From: Cyanophyceae cyanobacterium
Lineage (GTDB): Bacteria; Cyanobacteriota; Cyanobacteriia; Cyanobacteriales; JBHJGN01
Assembly (NCBI GenBank): GCA_050331735.1
Contig: JBHJGN010000015.1
Coordinates: 1-64,000 of the forward strand
Reading direction: 5' to 3'
Length of the DNA: 64,000 nt
This document shows positions 58,264-64,000 of the stretch, piece by piece. The notes under the pieces are model-generated. The model worked only from the letters and a program-made list of their open reading frames with translations, had not been told where the DNA came from and ran no database searches. The position numbers and the translations under genes are program-made. Each line of letters starts with the position of its first letter. Positions within the stretch are counted from its first letter, which is position 1.

Positions 58264-58977
58264 ATGAACCAGTCTCAGACGCAGTATAGTTGTCCCGTAG
58301 AGGTTACGGTAGAAGTAATTGGAGGAAAATGGAAATGCACGATTCTCTGGTGGCTGAGAAGAGGACCAAAAAGATTTGGAGAATTGTTGCAGTTGATCCC
58401 GAGAATCAACCGCAAGGTTTTAACGAACCAACTGCGCGAATTGGAAAGAGACGGATTAATTGAACGACAGGCTTATCAAGAAAGACCCCCACGGGTCGAA
58501 TATTCGCTAACTTCTTTAGGTGAGACCCTAGAGCCGATTACGAATTTAATGTGCGATTGGGGTAAAGTTCAGAAGCCCGGCTATATCTTTGGCTTACTAG
58601 ATCTTGAGGGAGTTAACATTTTAGTTGTGGCAGACGATCCCAGTGCAAGCGAACAGATCCGTGTAGAGTTAGGAACAATTCGCGGCGCACAGGTATCTAC
58701 TGTATCTCTCGTTTTAGTGTCTGAAAGCCTGCCTCAGATACATCCCGATGCTGTTGTTGTCGATCTCAGTGACTTTGGTGGAAATCTAAGCCCTCTGATT
58801 CGCCAAATTCAACTTTTGACGACAAGCTCAGGCGAACAGACTCCAGCAATTGCTTTGGCGGAAGGGGGAGAGCGCACTCAAGCTTTTTCTAGCGGTTTTA
58901 AGCTGATTTTAGCTAAGCCATTTGAACCATCGGAATTAGTGGCGGCGATCGCCAGCGTTACTGGCACATTTGAATAA
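58264..58977 (+). CDS. HxlR-family winged-helix regulator fused to a receiver-like domain
   Basis: CPVEVTVEVIGGKWK, RFGEL, QLRELERDG, PPRVEYSLT; then ILVVADD...VVVDL...AIALA...AKPFEPSEL. Confidence 0.88.
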   Translation: MNQSQTQYSCPVEVTVEVIGGKWKCTILWWLRRGPKRFGELLQLIPRINRKVLTNQLRELERDGLIERQAYQERPPRVEYSLTSLGETLEPITNLMCDWGKVQKPGYIFGLLDLEGVNILVVADDPSASEQIRVELGTIRGAQVSTVSLVLVSESLPQIHPDAVVVDLSDFGGNLSPLIRQIQLLTTSSGEQTPAIALAEGGERTQAFSSGFKLILAKPFEPSELVAAIASVTGTFE

Positions 58978-59076
58978 ATTCTATCGTTCTGAAAATTATC
59001 GTCGGCCACTTGAGTTGCTAGTGCCGAATAGCTCTACTAGATGTTCCAGGCGATCGCCTCACTACTCCTTTTTAGT

Positions 59077-59922
59077 TTACTCACACAGATAACCTGCATG
59101 ATGACGAATATGGTCTTCCATAAAGGTAGAAATTGTAAAGTAGCTATGGTCGTAGCCTGCTTGAAGACGGAGGTCGACCTGTTGCCCTGCATTCTCAGCA
59201 GCTTGAGCAAACACTTCTGGGAGAAGCTGCTGCTGGGAGTAGAACGAATCATCCGTTCCCTGGTCAATGAGAATTGTGGTATCTAACTGTACCTGCTGCA
59301 CTAATTCAGAAGCATCGTATTTGCGCCAGTGTCTCTGTTCGCTTCCTAAATAAGCAGTAAACGCTTTTTGCCCCCAAGGAGCCTGCATCGGGGCGGCAAT
59401 CGGCGCAAAAGCAGATACAGACAGGTATTTTCCTGGATTTTTCAAAGCACACACCAGTGCGCCATGTCCTCCCATTGAATGACCAAAAATTCCTTGCTTG
59501 TCCGTTACGCTAAAGTTAGCGGCAATTAGTTCCGGTAACTCTTGGGTAACGTAGCTATACATGCGATAGTGTTTACGCCAAGGTTCAGTAGTAGCATCAA
59601 CATAAAAACCAGCACCACAGCCTAAATCCCAATCCTCATCCTCGACCGCAATTCCCGTGTTGCGAGGGCTAGTATCTGGCACAACTAGCATAATACCGTG
59701 TTGAGCCGCGTAGCGCTGCGCTCCAGCTTTCACCGTAAAGTTTTCTTCTGTACAGGTTAACCCCGATAGGTAGTAAAGCACCGGGACAGCCTGAGATTCA
59801 GCCTGCGGCGGTACGTATACAGCAAAGCGCATTTCGCTATTACACGCCTGAGATGAATGAGAATAATAGCCAACAGTTCCGCCAAAGCAGCGGTATGCCG
59901 ATTTAATATTGAGTGAAGACAT
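59077..59922 (-). CDS. fghA: S-formylglutathione hydrolase
   Basis: [26 protein letters not shown]. Confidence 0.95.
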   Translation of the reverse strand: MSSLNIKSAYRCFGGTVGYYSHSSQACNSEMRFAVYVPPQAESQAVPVLYYLSGLTCTEENFTVKAGAQRYAAQHGIMLVVPDTSPRNTGIAVEDEDWDLGCGAGFYVDATTEPWRKHYRMYSYVTQELPELIAANFSVTDKQGIFGHSMGGHGALVCALKNPGKYLSVSAFAPIAAPMQAPWGQKAFTAYLGSEQRHWRKYDASELVQQVQLDTTILIDQGTDDSFYSQQQLLPEVFAQAAENAGQQVDLRLQAGYDHSYFTISTFMEDHIRHHAGYLCE

Positions 59923-59925
59923 AGA

Positions 59926-60330
59926 TTAGGCTTTACGTTCCTCTGAGTAACTTTTCAGTTCGGGCATTTTGGGAAACCAGGACAGTCGCCGCGTTATCCA
60001 AGTTTGATAAGCGAGCGGAGGTAACTTCTCTGGTTCGTCTAGACTACCAAGAAAAATATCTATTTCTAGACTGTCTTGCTCTTGAAAAAATAGGAGAGAA
60101 CCGCAGTTACCGCAGAAGTGACGAGTTCCGTGAGGAGATGACTGAAAAGAACGCGGTTCTCCTCTAATCACTTCAACCCCTTGACGAAGAAAGATGGCAA
60201 AAGCGGAGGCAGGACCACCAGCTTGTCGTCTACAGGTCCGACAGTGACACAACATCGTGCGGAGAGGTTCGCCATTGATGCGGTAGTGGATTTTTCCACA
60301 GAGACAACCCCCTGTATAGTAGGTACTCAT
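59926..60330 (-). CDS. GFA (glutathione-dependent formaldehyde-activating)/CENP-V family protein
   Basis: GGCLCG, CHCRTC, RHFCGNCGS. Confidence 0.88.
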   Translation of the reverse strand: MSTYYTGGCLCGKIHYRINGEPLRTMLCHCRTCRRQAGGPASAFAIFLRQGVEVIRGEPRSFQSSPHGTRHFCGNCGSLLFFQEQDSLEIDIFLGSLDEPEKLPPLAYQTWITRRLSWFPKMPELKSYSEERKA

Positions 60331-60331
60331 C

Positions 60332-61498
<1,167 letters not shown>

Positions 61499-61970
61499 TT
61501 ACACCGATATCGACCAGTTCCTCTGCGGATAACACTGAGCAAAAATTTAACAAAGCGGACTGAAAACGCTCAAAGCTTGACCAACGGTCAGCGCCATTTA
61601 AAATAGGCGATCGCATCTTCAGTGTGGCTGCTAAACTAAGCAGTAAGGCTCTTCACTCAATTCTGATTGTCAACTGTATGATACCGAGTCAAGGCTTCGG
61701 GAACACAGAATCGTCGCGGTGGACGGTTAAGAAGATAGATTTTGCTAGCTTAAGACCTAGACCTGGTTGGTAAGCCTCTTATTTAGTACAGCACGACCAA
61801 GCTTCAATTTTAGATTCGCCTTTAAAAAGCAGCGAGAGGAAATCGAGCAATCTCTCTGATTGATCGCTGATTGACTCAGCTACTCTGTCACCCAAGCGAT
61901 ACTTATTTCACAACTACAACCACTATGTCCCGGTAAGACCTTTCCTGGAGCGGGAAACCAGGAATATTTT

Positions 61971-62831
61971 ATGAAAATTAGCGAGAAGAGTGAACTGTTT
62001 CATCACTACCAACGAGGAGAGCGCAACTTTCAAAGAATCGATCTATCTGGAGCTAGTCTCCGTAAAGCTAAACTAAATCGCGCTCATTTTAGCCAAACCT
62101 ATTTCAGACAAGCAGATTTAGCCCGTGTTCAATTGATCGGCTCTCATCTTGTTCACGTCGATTTTTATCAAGCTAACCTATTCAACGCTAATCTTATTGA
62201 AGCTACTTGCTTTCAGTCTAACTTTACCACCGCTACCCTAATTAAAGCAGACCTCAGCGGTGCAGTGCTCACCCACTCTATCTTTAATGGTGCCGACTTG
62301 AGCCATGCTTGCTTAATTAGCAGCAGTCTCATTAAAACTTATTTTCTCCAGGCTAAGCTTCAGTCAGCCAACCTCACAAAAGCAACATTGACGCAAGCGA
62401 CTTTAGCGCAAGCCAATCTACGCAGTGCAGTACTGACTGGAGCAATCCTGGCTGAGGCCAGCTTGGAACAAGCGAATTTAAGACGGGCAAACTTAATTCG
62501 AGCTTATCTCCATCAAGCTAATTTAAGCGGAGCCTCCTTACAAGGAGCCGATTTAAGTAGCGCTTATCTGCAAGCGGCTAATTTAGCGTTTGCCGACTTA
62601 GCAGGCGCTAACTTAGAAGGAGCGAATCTGACAGGTGCTAATTTGGTTGGGGCCAACCTCCGGCGAACGAATCTTCAGGATTCTCAACTGAGTCAGGCCA
62701 ATCTTCAGGGAGCTCGGTTGCTGGGAGCTAACCTTACTGGCAGTAACTTACTGAACGCTAAATTAGACGATGCCGCTCTTTCTCAGGGCGAATCCGTAGC
62801 CAGCAAACTGATTCCTGACGGGCGTTACTGA
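61971..62831 (+). CDS. Pentapeptide repeat protein
   Basis: YQRGERNF, A(N/D)Lxx repeats, PDG end. Confidence 0.9.
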   Translation: MKISEKSELFHHYQRGERNFQRIDLSGASLRKAKLNRAHFSQTYFRQADLARVQLIGSHLVHVDFYQANLFNANLIEATCFQSNFTTATLIKADLSGAVLTHSIFNGADLSHACLISSSLIKTYFLQAKLQSANLTKATLTQATLAQANLRSAVLTGAILAEASLEQANLRRANLIRAYLHQANLSGASLQGADLSSAYLQAANLAFADLAGANLEGANLTGANLVGANLRRTNLQDSQLSQANLQGARLLGANLTGSNLLNAKLDDAALSQGESVASKLIPDGRY

Positions 62832-63176
62832 ATCCAAGGATATCTTTAACCCCTAGCCCCTCAGCGCCTCTGCCTTCCCCACGCCAACCTTGGGGAAGGC
62901 TAATAAGGCTCGACGCTCATCTGCCCTTACCCACAAAACGCCGAGGAGAAAAACCTGAAGGAGAGCTAGTTTTTGCTGGCGTAAACAGGAGTTATGTCTT
63001 TAATATGGGGATAGCGAAACGGCTTAGGCATTGGACACCACCAAAATGTCAGGCCAATTTCTCAAGGTCAGCTCAAGCGAGTCCTTAGATCTGTGCCTAA
63101 AGGCTCTATTCACTGAGATGCTGTTCTATGCTATGTCTAGTTTTAAGTTCATCTAGTACGGAGTCAATTGATAAGA

Positions 63177-63569
63177 ATGGCAAAAGTGGGAACCCACCTG
63201 GTTGTCGATGCTTGGGAAGCCCCGGCAGACCTGTTAAATAGCCCTGAATGTATTCGTCTAGCTCTCATAGCAGCTATTTCTGCCGGAGAAGCGACTTTGA
63301 TCGATTTATGCGTACACCAGTTTAGTCCCCATGGAGTCACAGCGACAGCTACGTTAGCCGAGTCTCACATTGCTATTCACACTTGGCCTGAGCATGGCTA
63401 CTTTGCAGCAGACCTATTTTTTTGCGGGTCAGGGAAACCCGAACAGGCTATGGCAGTTTTGCAAACGGCACTACAGGCCAAGCAGGTAGCGGTCAAAGCA
63501 GTGGAACGGGGTTTTCCCGCGCCGGAAGCTCAGCCGTGGCAAGATTCGATGTACCAAGGTGTTGCCTAA
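63177..63569 (+). CDS. speD: S-adenosylmethionine decarboxylase proenzyme
   Basis: GTHL, HQFSPHGVT, LAESH self-cleavage site, HTWPE, DLFFCG. Confidence 0.92.
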   Translation: MAKVGTHLVVDAWEAPADLLNSPECIRLALIAAISAGEATLIDLCVHQFSPHGVTATATLAESHIAIHTWPEHGYFAADLFFCGSGKPEQAMAVLQTALQAKQVAVKAVERGFPAPEAQPWQDSMYQGVA

Positions 63570-63605
63570 GGAAAGCGATCGCTCTCCCGCTATTGACCAT
63601 AATTT

Positions 63606-63905
63606 GTGAATGTGCTAGTAGCAGAAACAATCTTGATTGTGCTTTTGGGGTTAATTCCCGCTTTGCTATCCATTATCGCGATTCGTAGGACAAAGCGAAG
63701 ATGGCAGACAAGGTTCAGGCAAGCCCGCACAGCCTCTTTTTATCGGCAGGTCCGCTCAAGCTACTTATCAACCCCGAACGAAGCAGCACCTAAACCTTTT
63801 GTTGGCGATACTAGCTGTCGCTTTAATGCTCGTTCTCCCTATCTGCGCTGTGCTGTTAATCCTGATGGTCCCTGTGAGGAGTGTATTCATTACGAGACAA
63901 AATAA
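63606..63905 (+). CDS. DUF6464-like small membrane protein with Cys motif
   Basis: TM; VGDTSCRFNARSPYLRCAVNPDGPCEEC. Confidence 0.8.
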   Translation: MNVLVAETILIVLLGLIPALLSIIAIRRTKRRWQTRFRQARTASFYRQVRSSYLSTPNEAAPKPFVGDTSCRFNARSPYLRCAVNPDGPCEECIHYETK

Positions 63906-64000
63906 GTGTCCGGTGCGGGACGGGAAATAGTCTCTACGGGACGGGGAAAGGGGAAATAGTTCCTGCGGAACGGGGAAAGGGGAAAGGAAAATCAGTCGCT
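63906..64000. repeat. Mini-hairpin/GGGGAAA repeat cluster after the stop codon
   Basis: GTCTCTACGGGACGGGGAAAGGGG and GTTCCTGCGGAACGGGGAAAGGGG units, like 46308-46400. Confidence 0.7.

Overview
Chromosomal window from a cyanobacterium: the HIP1 octamer GCGATCGC is abundant, and it carries petF, DevBCA, pentapeptide-repeat genes and a cyanobacteriochrome-type GAF domain. It holds about 50 coding regions. 0.1-7.5 kb is a stress/envelope cluster (DoxX-like gene, Hsp20, L,D-transpeptidase, two pentapeptide proteins, DevB-DevC-methyltransferase-DevA). Further along are a trio of GT-C-like membrane genes, an HTH-NB-ARC plus kinase-WD40 pair, egtCB, a CBS/PAS/GAF kinase with a hybrid regulator, glycosyltransferases, hslO, lysC, ribD, a NERD-helicase, an aldehyde/formaldehyde detoxification island and speD. 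Mobile DNA comprises two decayed IS200/IS605 elements, a ~145-bp MITE family and short hairpin/purine repeats. Main non-obvious signals: (1) a 17-bp direct-repeat operator exactly 10 nt upstream of a -10 box at five consecutive promoters in the first 3.4 kb, suggesting an uncharacterised regulon; (2) a glutamine (glnA-type) riboswitch ahead of an unknown small membrane protein; (3) an AT-rich methyltransferase gene between devC and devA, bracketed by a HIP1-anchored 53-bp duplication of the devC 3' end; (4) an HxlR-receiver fusion regulator between an ALDH/SDR operon and frmA-gfa-fghA; (5) mobile or repeat DNA rewriting the C-termini of devA, lysC and the DoxX-like gene. All calls were made by eye; no database searches were run. 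No tRNA, rRNA or CRISPR array was seen.
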